Assembly: GCF_030684315.1 (NCBI RefSeq)
Contig: NC_081391.1
Coordinates: 14,113,342-14,177,341 of the forward strand
Source of the DNA: Stegostoma tigrinum
Taxonomy: Eukaryota
DNA length: 64,000 bases
Reading direction: 5' to 3'
This document shows positions 1 to 11,775 of this stretch, one piece after another. Numbering within the stretch: position 1 is the first letter of the stretch; each line of letters starts with the position of its first letter. The notes under the pieces are model-generated. The model saw nothing but the letters and a program-made list of their open reading frames with translations, did no database searches and had not been told where the DNA came from. The position numbers were made by a program, and so were the translations under genes.

Positions 1-1807
1 TATCTCACACCCAGGAATGATGAATACACGTGCAGCTAAAATTTTGTATTGTTTTCAAAAGAGAAAACACGCCTGCATGTGCAAAAGAAAGACTTGACAC
101 CCACTTTCAGAGAAACAGGGCTGTTGGATGCTTATTTTCATGTCTAGCTTGCATAGCAATAGCTTCCCTGTCAACCTCCACCAACCTAGACTGATGCTAA
201 AGTCAACTGAAATCACATGTTGATGCCAACATAAATTATGTGCGGGCTGGCTCAGCTTTCCTCAACAAGAGCTTAAGGGAAGAGATCCATCAGCGACCCC
301 CTCTCTAGCCTTGTGGAGGAGCCAGCAATGCTGGGAGCAATAATATTAAACTTAGCAACTGGGATCTGCCACACCTGGTCTATTCTACTCCAATCATTTT
401 TATTACTTTGTGCTGAGAGTGCATCCTAGAACTTGAGGTTGGGGCCTGTGGGCAGGAAAATCACTTTTTGCTATTATCTCACAGCACGTACAATGAATAC
501 ACATGCAGTTAAGATTCTCGGTGAGCCAGTTGAGGTTCAAGCCAAGACCAGCCGTGTGCCCTGCTGACCACCGCCACCAACTGCCTGCCTCAGGACAGCC
601 ATCAGCAGTTGCTCACAGTGACCAGTTCATTTGTTCCTTCGCCTGAGGAATATGTGCTGCTCTCCCCGGGGATGTGGATTGAATACCCATTGTAGCTCGA
701 CAAGAGAATTCACACGGGGGGAACCGTTTGCCATGAGTAATCCAAAGCTGTCCTAATGTGGCTTTGCTCCATTTACTTTCTTGCTCTCTGCCAAGTCTTG
801 GTCAAAAACCCCACCACGCCTAGTAATAAACTTCAGGCCGGCCAGCCCAGAGCTGGGAATATTCAGCACAAGTCTGCTTGAAAAAATTCACCTGAGCTGG
901 ATGCACTTAATGGCACCTACAGCAGGATAATAGTGACCTGGGAATAACACAGCAACGCTCCTGGTTAAATGCTGCCATTTGATTGGCTCTTGCTGCTAAA
1001 GCCAGCATTGAGCCCACAAAGCTGCTCCCTTGGTTCCTCTGAGCTTCCCCCACGGGGAGGGTTACTCCTGATGCAGGTTGATTTCACCCGATCACATTGA
1101 AGGAGCAGTGTGACTCAGGGAGGAGAACTGGAGATGCTGACTTTCCTGAATGGCTGCTTCCTTTATCTTTCGAGGTGTCAGAGATCGTGGTTTAGGGTGG
1201 GGGCTGTCAGAGACATCCTGGGGCATGTTTCAGGGAGTTTTGTAGCGAGTGCACACTGCAGCCTTCACTGAGGTGTGGGTCTTTAAGGCACTGAATGTAT
1301 TTGTTCCACCACATAAAGTGTTTTATTTTAAACAATCTTGAGTCTTGGCTGTAGAATCCCTGTCGTGCAGGAAGAGGTTTTTCAGCTCATTTCGTCTGCA
1401 CTGATCCTCTGAACAGCATCTTGTTCAGACACACCCTGCCTTCTTACGCCATCTTTCCCATGGCCAGTCCAAAATAAACTGCATGTCTTTGGACTGTGGG
1501 AGGAGGTCCACACAGGCACGGGGAGGATGTGCAGCCTCTACACGTGACTGGAATTGACCCCAGGTCCCTGGCACGAGGGTTCAGTAATGCTAACCATTAA
1601 AATACCCTGTTTGCATACAATTAGAGTTAATGACTCATTCCATATGCAAACAGACCCTTCAGCTACTCCAGCATTATTCCTAACTTCAGTCTTATCGATG
1701 GTGGACAGACTCTGAAAAGTCTGATGTAGAGTTATTCACAACAGAATTCCCAGACTCTGACTTGGTCTCAAAGCCATGAGCTCATTAATTAATTGCCCAT
1801 GGTTTCT

Positions 1808-3010
1808 TAGAAAATAGAACCTAGAACAGTACAGCACAGTTCAGGCCCTTCAGCCCACGATGATGTGCCGAACGTTTATCCTAAACCCAAGGCCTGTCTC
1901 ACCTCCACTACTTTATGCTATCATCCATATGCTTATCTAATAGCCGCTTAAATGCCCCTAACGAGGCCGACTCCACTACACTCTCCGGAAATGCAATCCA
2001 TGCCCCGGCCACTCTCTGAGTAAAGAACCTACCTCTGACATCTCCTCTGTATCTACCTCCACTCACTTCAAAACTATGCCCCCTCATAATAGCTAACTCC
2101 ATCTTAGGAAAAAGTCTCTGGCTGTCTAATCTGCCTATACTTATGATCATTTTGTACACCTCTATCAAGTCACCTCTCATCCTTTGTTCTGAAGAGAAAA
2201 GCACTCGTTCTCTCAACCTTTCCTCGTAAGACCTTCCCTCCATTCCAAGCAACATCCTGGTAAATCTCCTCTGCACCTTTTCTAACGCTTCCACATCTTT
2301 GCTGGAATGAGGTGACCAGAACTGGACACAATACTCCAGATGTGGCCGAACCAGGCTTTTGTCTAGCAGGAGCATAACTTCACAGCTCTTGAACTCAATC
2401 CCTCTATGAATGAAAGCTAACACACCACATGCCTTCTTAACAACTCTATCCACCTGGCTGGCAGCTTTCAGGGAACTGTGGACATGAACCCCGAGATCCA
2501 TCTGCTCCTCCACACTGCCAAGAATCTTTCCATTAACCCTGTATTCTGCTTTCAAATTTGTCCTTCCAAAATGAATCATTTACCAAAATCATAAATAGAA
2601 GAGGACCCCGAACAGACCCTTGAGGTACACCACTCATAACTGAGCACCATGTTGAATATTTTCAGTCAACTGTCACCCATGTCTTCCATGGGTCAGCCAA
2701 TTCTGAATCCAATCTGCCTCATTTCCCCCGTCGCATGCCTCCTGACTTTCTGCCCGAGCCTGCCATGGGCAACCTGATCAAACGCCTTACTTCAATCCAT
2801 GTATCCCACATTCACTGATCTACCTTCATTCACATGTTTGGTCATCACTTCAAAGAATTCAATCAGATTTGTGAGGCATGATGTGATCATTAATTCTGTT
2901 TCTTAGAGTCCTTCCCATTAATTTGCCAACCACTGGCATAAGACTAGCTGGCCTGTAATTTCCAGGGTTACCCCGATTCCCTTTTTTGAACACATGAATA
3001 ATATTCACAT
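1808..3010 (-). mobile_element. CR1-clade LINE (HER1-like), 5'-truncated and decayed
   Basis: ORF 1908-2579 is the CR1 ORF2 C-terminus ([23 protein letters not shown]); TAGAAC-type tail at about 1808-1828; 5' boundary approximate. Confidence 0.92.
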
Positions 3011-3840
3011 TTGTCCTTCAAAGCAAAAAGATAGCACTAGACTGCAACCTGCTATTTGAAGCAGATATTGAGTAAAAGTAACTTGCTTCCACCAGTCTGT
3101 ACATCAGTGCTGTGATCATACTCGAACGTTCATTGGGGATCCTCAATTCCCAAAGCCTCACAGGCCACCAGTGCATGGGAGGCTGCTCCATTCAACGCAG
3201 TTGCTGAGCCATACATTCTACAGAATGTAATGTAAACAGGACCAGCCACTCTCCATTTGGAAACATGCTGGAGTTAAGCTCTCGATCTACTTCAAACAAT
3301 TAAAAATCAAACTTTGCGATAGAAAGTTTGCATGTGCTATACATTTCCAGCAGCAATGTAGACAGGGAGGTGTGAGGTCTACTATGCAGGAGAGGCACTC
3401 AGCACATTTAGCGCCTTGCTTTTCAAACTGCACTTCATGAACCCAACATCAAGGAGATCACAGCAGATTCAGAATGGATCCACAAAGGAATGAGCTTCCT
3501 GTATGAGATAACCCAAAAGCACATTGTTTCTGTCGCTGCACAGCAATAAGAAAATGTTTATTGTTAACAAAATCTGGCCATTTTTCAATGGGCTCCAACG
3601 CTGTTATTCAACAAGTACAAAGACTAATCCCTCAGAGTAACAAACTGACAGAATTCTGCCAATCTGTGATGAGTGTGTCTTAAGATATAATCTCAGATAC
3701 AATTGTGAACTTTTAGAGTATATTTTATTGTCATTTTCTCATAGAAATACTTCCAGAATTTGCACTTGTGCAGGAGGTCAAAGGTCATTCAGCAATTCCA
3801 TCATCGACCAGTTGTCAATTCTGATCGTTTTCTGGATCCA

Positions 3841-3962
3841 ATTCCCATCCTGCACTGATTGGACGTGGCAGCTGATCAATTGATTAACAAGAGTGATTGG
3901 CCATCACTGATGATGTCATTTCCTGCTTCATAAAATGAGAGTCTGCTCCTGGAGTATAAGTA
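3841..3962 (+). promoter_or_regulatory. Core promoter, copy 1
   Basis: Inverted CCAAT (ATTGG) at 3858-3862 and 3896-3900, TGATGTCATTTCCTG at 3911-3925, TATAAG at 3955-3960; the block is conserved before all 8 copies. Confidence 0.75.
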
Positions 3963-4444
3963 ATGCCCCAAGGACGTTATGTTTTTTTGTCTAGTTGATG
4001 TTGGTTCTAAATTGGTCACTTATGTTGTGAATAGAGTAAAACAAACTCCTCATCACAAGATGGCCTCCCAGATTAGTCAGAACTATCACCAGGATTGTGA
4101 AGCTGCTGTCAACAAGCAGATTCATGTGGAGCTCACTGCCTCCTATCTCTATCAGTCTTTGGTGAGTGCTGTCCCTAGGGGGTTAAAACTTGATCTATGT
4201 AGTTGCAGTAAATGGTTTCTCTTGAATTTAAATAACTGGACACTCTCTCTGGTCGACTGAGTTTTGTGGTCCTTTCCTAAATATTAATTCAGGATAAGGG
4301 CAATGTTACTATACCAATGGGGTTTGATAATGATGTACTCTGAAGCTGGGTCCCAGTTGGCATTTGGAGATATGTGGAGGTTTAAGTGTCCCTGGAGATA
4401 TTTGCCAGTTTTGATTGGCAGTAGATGTCATTTCCTCTAAGATT

Positions 4445-4580
4445 ACACAGCAGGCTGAGCAGGATGGCTGATGTTTTGGGGCTTGACCCTTCTGAAGGTG
4501 TGTCTAGGCCCAAAACATCAGCTTTCCTGCTCCTTTGCTTGGCCTGATGTGTTCATTCAGCTCTACATCATTGTATCTCA
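4445..4580. mobile_element. Penelope-like hairpin remnant, intron 1 of copy 1
   Basis: gctgatgttttgggg...cccaaaacatcagc inverted pair. Confidence 0.5.
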
Positions 4581-4900
4581 AGGGGTAGAGTGTGTTTGGA
4601 AGTTGTGTTCAAGTAACCTTGGTGAGTGCTGCAGGGGACCTGGTAGATAATGGACCCTGAAAGGAGGTGGTGAATGCAGTCCCCATCAAGTGGGCTGCTC
4701 TGTCCTGGATGGTGTCTGCTTCTTGCATGTGGCAGCTCCACCTCCACAGACACATGGAGAAGCTTCATCACACTCAGCTTTTTTCTCTTAGAAAGAAGAT
4801 GCTTCATGACAGATGGATGAAGCCTGTGTAAACTCCATTTGGGAGGTGGGTACAGCTTTCATTGGTGAGCTAGTTGATGGGTGTTAATTCCTGACCAGGG
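4581..4900 (-). mobile_element. Old LINE ORF2 3' relic in intron 1 (also at about 32030-32350, 39000-39310, 49470-49790)
   Basis: The minus strand reads [12 protein letters not shown], resembling the 'LD.IQ.RAARLI' segment of non-LTR ORF2; shared by several copies and so ancestral to the array. Confidence 0.45.
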
Positions 4901-7200
4901 TCCCAATTCCCTTGGGGAACATGTGTGCCAATTCTAAAATCCTTCCTATTCTCTCCTGCCACAGCTTGTCCCTACCCCAGTTAAACAGCCAAGAAATTTT
5001 GTTTGACTGCTTCTGCTTCAAGAAAGTAACTTCCCACCAGGTTTCCTCAACAACAAAACCCTTAGCTCCTGTTTCAAATATCAGAAGAATAGCCCTTCAT
5101 AAACCTCAAGGCATTGGATTGTGAATATCTCGGTTCGGAAGTGAGTCACATATGGGTGGACAAACAACAGAACGCTGCCTGCTGGAATAAGCCAAACTCT
5201 GGTGTCCAGCTTTGTGTTAACTAGTGATGTTAGATCAGCCATTATGTGGAGGTACATGTCGCATTGGCCTGCTCCCTCTCTCCCTCTCCCCCCTGCGTGC
5301 TCTTGTGGTCATGTGACCCTTGTTTTCTCCCCCCCGACCCCTTCTGGATGTGAGTGCACTAATTTTAGTGTGCTATAAACTATAGCTGCAACAATCCAGA
5401 GGCTGTTACTGGGTAGGTTTTCCTTTGCACTATCTTGTTGTCGCTTTCTCTCATTCGCCTCTACTATATCTTGTAGTAATAAAATATACCGTACACTATC
5501 TCCCTGGTTTTGAGGCTGCAGAAACCTTGCTTCCTCCTGGTTATATTGTTACAGCAGTGTCTAACATGCATTTCCATGCCAGCCCCAAAGGAGCAATAGT
5601 GTTGCAGCTCCGCTACTCAACTATAGCCTGCACTCCAGCTCCTGGTGCTTGTTTCAGCTGTTTTTTAGGCTCTAAATTTGTCCAATTCAAATGAAGGTTA
5701 GTGAGTGAAAACATGGCTGGATGCAAGAAGAGCTATAATGCTGTGCCAGACAGCTTGAGCAATTCACTGTTTTAAGCCAAACTTTTGCCAGTTTCCAATA
5801 GGAAATTGGGATTGTTGTTAGTTCCCAGTTGAAGGATCTGCTGGCCAGCTGGATATCAGCGAATTCTCAACCATGTTCACATACCACGCAGTTACCAGCT
5901 AACTGAGCAGTTAGCTTGCTGCAGAAGGCTGAACTAGAATTTGGAGTCAGTGCTGTGTTCAATGGGCTTTAACATGTTTTCTCCCTTCCAGATGACCTAC
6001 TTTGACTGGGATGATGTGGCCCTCCCCCACTTCTCCCAGTTCTTCAAAGATCAGTCCCAGGTGAAGCAGGAACCTGCAGAGAAGCTGCTGAAATTCCAGA
6101 ATCAGCGTGGAGGCAGAGGCTGAGTCCTCCTCCAGGATGTGAAGGTTGGAGTTGTGTGGGAGGGTTGCAGCTGTGGGGAAGAGAATGGCAGCTCTTGTGG
6201 TGCTGCTTCCTGTTGGGATGTAAAAATCCTCTTTTGGCCTGGCTTCCCTGTTTGATTTCTTTTGAAGGCAGTTTCTAAACTAGCCCTATTGTCCACCATG
6301 TCTATGCTGCCCACAAACCTCAAACTACATTAACACAATTTCCTTGCACTTAGTCCCCAGCCTACTATCTTCTGGCATGAAGAAGTTGTTGAGATTAGGC
6401 TTCAATGTTGCTGGAGTAACTTCCTCCACTGACCCCTCAGGTCATGCATCCCATACCTCTCCCACCCTCCATTTATCCTCCAATCTCCTCAAACCTGTGC
6501 CATCTGGTCTTCATGTCTGCCACAGGGACTGTCTATTGTCCATGCTCCCTGATCTTCCACACTTCCATGAGATAACCATCCCAGTCTATCCAACCTCCCT
6601 CTCATCATTGTTTTTTTTGTCATTTTTCTTCCCCCATCTTGGGCCAACATCCTGATGACCCTCACCTGTACCCCCTCCAGTGTCACCCTGTCCTTCTGAT
6701 TGTGGTTCTGGTCACCACACTACATTCCTTCTTTGGTCTGGCCAATGCTGCCATGTTTATGGCAAGACTCATCCTTTTTACTGATCCCCAACTCCTGGAG
6801 ACCAGCATCATGTCAGCCCCTTCCCCACTCTGTCTACCTTTGCTGAACCTTGAGGGATGGCCTTGGGCATTTGTTGCTTGTCCCTTTTATTGTAAGCACA
6901 TTGCTGCTCCCTTCAATGAATTAAACAGCAGTGATGTCTGATCATCCTGCTCAGACATGTATGAAGCCACTGGCACAGGTGAGACATAGATGCCTGGCCT
7001 GCAAGGTCCAGATTGGTACTCTACCTCAAGAGCCCTTGAGACTAAGGTGTGAATGTCCTGATCTAAATGACAAATGGGCACTGGTGCAAACAGTTTAACT
7101 TTGTGTGAAATAAATCCCTGTCCCCACAATGACTTCATGCTTCAGATCAAGGATAAATGGAGCAAAGTGAAGTCACCTACAAGTCATCAATGTGGGTTTT

Positions 7201-7445
7201 AGGGGTGGCACAGTTGCTCAGTGGTTAGCACTGCTGCCTCAGTGCCAGGGACACAGGTTTAGCTCTGGCCTCTGGTGACTGGTGCTGACATGATCAGTTT
7301 CTTCCTACAGTCCAAATATGGGCAGGCTGGGTGAAGTAGCTGTGGGGGAAATGCAGGGCTATGGGATCAGGTAAATCTGAGATCTGCTTCAGAAGGTTGA
7401 TTGCAGACTCAATGGGCTGAATGGCCTGCTCCCATGCTGCAGGAA
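7201..7445 (+). mobile_element. tRNA-derived SINE (HE1/V-SINE-like) at the end of intron 2, copy 1
   Basis: Head ggtggcacagttgctcagtggttagcactgctgcctc (A-box-like) and CR1-like tail atgggctgaatggcctg. Confidence 0.75.
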
Positions 7446-8331
7446 GTCTGATTCTGAGGCTTAACTGTTCTTCTTTTCCCCCCTCCAGAAGCCAGAGAGG
7501 GATGAGTAGGGTAACAGCCTGCAGGCAAGGCAAGTTCTCCTGGATCTGGAGAAGAACGTGAACCAGAGTTTGTTGGATCTACACCAACTCGCCACAGCCC
7601 AGACTGACCCTCATGTAAGCTTCACCTCTTCATTCTCACCACTGCCATGCCTCCTCAACTTCATTGGTTGATCTTTGTGGAGTGGAAAGTCACAGACGTA
7701 ACTCTGTCCAGATGCTACATTGTCATCATAATTATGTTATTAAGGTACAATGTTACAATTGCTCAACACCAAACTGAAATAGGAATTTGGCTGACAGTCT
7801 AGTGGGAATGCTGATGTGATTTTTGGCTGCTGAATTGGGGATTGTTGCACTATACAATACAACTTGGAGCTCTTTAAGAAGGTGAGATGGATCAGCTGAA
7901 ATGTTGTCGTCACTGGCATCAATTCTCCACCTGGTAGCTAGATTTTCAGGGCTGTCTAGAGCAAGTTATGGCTAAGGGTTTTTCAGTGGGAATTATGAAG
8001 TTGTCTTGGACAGTGTTAATGCACTCAGTTGTCATCTTCCTCTGTTGCAGCTGTGACTTCCTGGAGACTCTCTATTTGGATGAGGAGGTGGAGATCATCA
8101 AGCAACTGGGTGACTACATCACCAACCTGAAGCACCTGGGAGCCCCTGAGAATGGGATGGGAGAGTACCTGTTTGACAGGCTCTCCCTGGAGGACAGCAG
8201 TTAGTGTGGCCTGGAGCACTGTCTACTTGGTCTGAATGCATGCCCCTCTTCACCTTGGACAACCTGTCTCCTTCCAAGGAGAAGGGACTTGGAGCAAAGA
8301 ATGTAATGGCTGTAGCAGCCGAATGGGAATG

Positions 8332-8337
8332 AATAAA
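8332..8337 (+). terminator. Polyadenylation signal, copy 1
   Basis: AATAAA about 128 nt after the stop, at the same position in all 7 complete copies, followed by GT-rich sequence. Confidence 0.75.
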
Positions 8338-11300
8338 ATGATGTGTTGATCTTGCTTATTGTCCATCATTCAGAGAACTGGGTGGTGTCTCTCGAGAGCT
8401 TGAAGCCTGTAATCTTTCTGTAGTTTGATTGGCTGGTCCAATTACAATTGGACATGAGACTAATTCACTGGGTCTTTTGACAATTTCCCCACCTCACTGG
8501 TCAGGGATAATGAGATGGAGTGCCTCCTTTGTGTGAAACAAGATATTCCCCTCCCACCAGAATTTGAGGTTGTGGTTTGATGCTGTTGGCCGAGAAAACG
8601 TTTTCGACAATGACTAGCATACTGTTGGATGTGGTGTGCACAACTGTAGTTAACAGAACGTGGAATTCCTTTTGCAAAAGCAACTTCCCACACCTTTTAT
8701 CAAAAGCTGGGACCAGGCCCCAACATTCTGCAAATTAGGGAAATTTTAACTTGTACATGGATAAGGCATGGAAAAATTAACGTTAAATACCTTTCCTCAT
8801 CAGCCTCCCTGAACAGTACCTTACACTCCAAGTGACAGAAATCACAATTTGACGACAAAACTAACTAATCTGCTGGCTGGATCAGCTCAGCCGAAGGAGG
8901 TGAGATATCGGGATGTGTTTCCTTGCCAGGGGCAGGAACCAGCTCATTGGGAGAGGATACCACTTCAGCTGGTCTGCTATTCATTGTGACTCGGGCCCTA
9001 ACATGACGTGACGAGTATATTCTATTCTCAGTTCTCAGCATTGTTGTCTCCTTTGTTTCTGTTACTTTTTTCTTTACACCCCCCTCCCCCACAACCATGT
9101 GTGCAGCCCAACAGCGTTGGGTGCTGGTAAAGGGTCAAACCAGGACCAGCAGTCAAGGTGGTGGGGGGTGGGGTGCCACGTGCCACTCTCTAAAACCCAT
9201 TCACCCTTCCCTTGTTACACGTCTCCACCAGTTGGCAATGCTCACCAGTTGATTCCTCCTTCAGTCTGAGTTACCACACGGTGACACTTCAGGGGATTTT
9301 ATAGCCACTTCAGCTCCAAAAGGAGTCAATGCCCATGGTTGCTGGGGGCAGTATGCGCAGAAGCAATCCCAATTTGTCCGAATGTGGCTCCCTTATTCCA
9401 CTTTCTTTCCCTATCCTTGCACTTACTCTACCGCTTCATCCAAGGAAAAATTTTCAAGCCTACCACCCCCGAGACCTGGGAAAGTGCAGCCCAAATTTTC
9501 ACAGCAGCCTCTATCAGACAGTCAGCTCACATTCACCTGAGCTGTATGGACGTATAATGCCTGCTCTTGATGCCACCCACAGTGGCAGTGTCTTGAGCAT
9601 AGCATAGCACAGCAGCGCTCCTGGTTAAATGTTGCCATTTGATTGGCTCTTGCTGCTAAAGCCTGCATTGAGCGCACTAAGCTGCTCCTTTGGTTCCTCT
9701 GAGCTTCCCCCACGGTGAGCGTTACTCCTGATGCAGGTTAATTGGGTGAAATCACATTGAAGGAGCAGTGTGACTCGGAGAGGAGACCTGGAGATGCTGA
9801 TTTTCCTGTCCCCCTGCTTCCCTTATCTTTCGAGGGGTCAGAGATCCTGGGTTAGGGAGGGGGCTATCAGAGACATCCTGAGGATTGTTCCAGGGAGTTT
9901 TGTAGCGAGTGCACACTGCAGCCTGCATGAGGGTGTGGGTCTTTAAGGCACTGAGCGTGTTTGTTCCTCCACAGAGAGCAGTTTAATTGCAGCAAATTGA
10001 AGTCTTGGCTGGAGAATCCCAATAGTGCAGCAAGAGGATATTAGGCCCATTAAATCTGCATCGACCCACTGAACCACATCCTGCTCAGACCCAACCCTTT
10101 TGCTTAACCCCACGGACAATCGAATTACCTTGGATGCGCATTGTCACTATGGGGCTATTTAGTATTACCAACCCACCTACCCTGCAAATCATTGGGCTGT
10201 GTGAAGAAACTCAAGCACCTGGAGGAAATCCACGCAGGCCATCAGCCAGGGGTAGAATCGAACCTGGGTCCCTGGCACTGAGGCGCCAAAACATTCTAAA
10301 GTACCAAAGGGAAGGAATGCACTGTGGCAAACTACGTCATGGGAATAGACTCTGCAGCCCAGCCCGAACTTGCAGACCAGGTTTTCATAAACTGTGTAGT
10401 GCCATTTGCCTACATTTGGCCCATCTTTCTCGAAACCGTTCCTTTCCATGTAAATCTCCAAATGTCACTTAAATGTTGTAATTCTATCCACCTCGACCAC
10501 TTCCTCTGGCAGCTCGTTCCATGCACGTACCACCCTCTGTGTGAAAATGTTGTCCCTCACGCCCCTTTTAAATCCTTCCCCCTCTCCCATCAAACCGGTG
10601 CCCTCTAGTTTTGGACCCCCCTACCCTGTCCCAGCATGCTTTTTATATACAGTCAATCTTGAGTGTGCCAATGGCAAGGCTACATTTAGTGCTCAGCAAC
10701 TGTTCCACTTCAGGAGGTGGTGATGAGCTGGTTATTACAGTCCACCTGGTGTCGGCGAGACCGGAATGATGCTGCTGCTGCTGCTGAGGAGGGGCTTCTG
10801 GGATTTTCGTTCACAAACAGGGATAGTGTTCCAAGTCAGGATGGTGACAGATTTACATGGAGCTGCTTGAGTGTCGTCGGAGCTGCCTCAAGCGAGAACA
10901 TTGTAAACTATTCCAGCACTACTCCCAACTTCAGCCTTATTGACGGTGGACAGGTTTTGGAAACTCAGGAGTTGAGTACTTCCTGACAGAATTCCCAGCA
11001 TCTGAATTCCCAGTTTCTGAGCTGTACCATCTACAGAACGCAATGTATACAGGACCAGAAATTCCTCACTTGGAAACCTGCTGGGGTTAATCGCTAGTTC
11101 TACTTCAAACAATGAAAAACGAAACTGGGAGACAGAAATGTTCAACGTGCGATACATTTCTAGCAGCAACTGAGACATAGAGGCCTGAGGCCTACTGTGT
11201 AGAAGAGGCACTCAGCACATTTAGCGTTTTGCTTTTCAAACTGGGCCTTCAAGGTCAAGGTCAGGGAGATCACATCAGATGCAGATTGGATCCACAAAGT

Positions 11301-11653
11301 ACATCAGTTGCCTGTTTTAGATGATCCAAAAGCACATTATTTCTGTTGCGGCACAGAAATAGGAAAATGTTCAGATCAACCAAATCGAGCCATTTTTCAA
11401 AGAGCTCCAACACCAACGTTCAAAAATTATGACGACTAATCCCTCAGAATAACAATCTGACAGAATTCTGCAAATCTGTGATGAGTGTGTCTTAACGCAC
11501 AACTTCAGATACAGACGTGAAGTTTTAGAGTATATTTTATTCTCATTTTCAGGGAGATGTCCTCCCAGAATTTGCACTTGTTCAGGAGGTCAAAGATCAT
11601 TTCAGCAATTTCATCATCAACCACTCATCAATTCTGATTGGTTTTTTGACCCG

Positions 11654-11775
11654 ATTCCCATCCTGCACTGATTGGATGTGGCAGCTGATCAATTGATTAA
11701 CAAGAGTGTTTGGCCATCACTGATGATCTCATTTCCTGCTTCATAAAATGAGTGTTGGCTCCTCGGGTATAAATA
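11654..11775 (+). promoter_or_regulatory. Core promoter, copy 2
   Basis: ATTGG at 11671-11675; second box changed to TTTGG; TATAAA at 11768-11773. Confidence 0.75.

Larger units (their letters stand above)
4060..8204 (+). pseudogene. Ferritin copy 1, pseudogene; exons 4060-4161, 5992-6144, 7489-7614, 8051-8204
   Basis: Exon 2 has a 6-nt insertion and in-frame TGA at 6121-6123 (GGC AGA GGC TGA). Exon 3 has Trp->TAG at 7507-7509. Exon 4 has a 2-nt deletion at its start (ctgtgac vs ctgtgtgac). Also E61V and H65P. Confidence 0.95.

Noticed and set aside
3661-3700. GTGATGA as a C/D-box snoRNA C box in the conserved upstream block
   Set aside because: There is no well-placed CTGA D box with a terminal stem (CTCAGA instead), and the site is not intronic.
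3979-4059. N-terminal extension or signal peptide from upstream ATGs (3979, 56719)
   Set aside because: The ATG lies only about 19 nt after the TATA box, probably at or before the TSS; it is in frame only in copy-1-type leaders and is not signal-peptide-like.
4045-4059. AG just before the ATG as the acceptor of an upstream exon
   Set aside because: Copies 2, 4 and 6 lack the AG, and a TATA/CCAAT promoter lies about 100 nt upstream; not excluded without RNA data.
7205-7270. tRNA gene
   Set aside because: Only an A-box-like head without a cloverleaf, followed by a SINE body and CR1-like tail.
10717-10986. Recurrent ORF MVMS..LQSTWC.RDRNDAAAA.. as a second gene in each unit
   Set aside because: Length, frame and stops vary among copies, the start is GTG, and the DNA looks like an old LINE relic with a short (GCT)n run.
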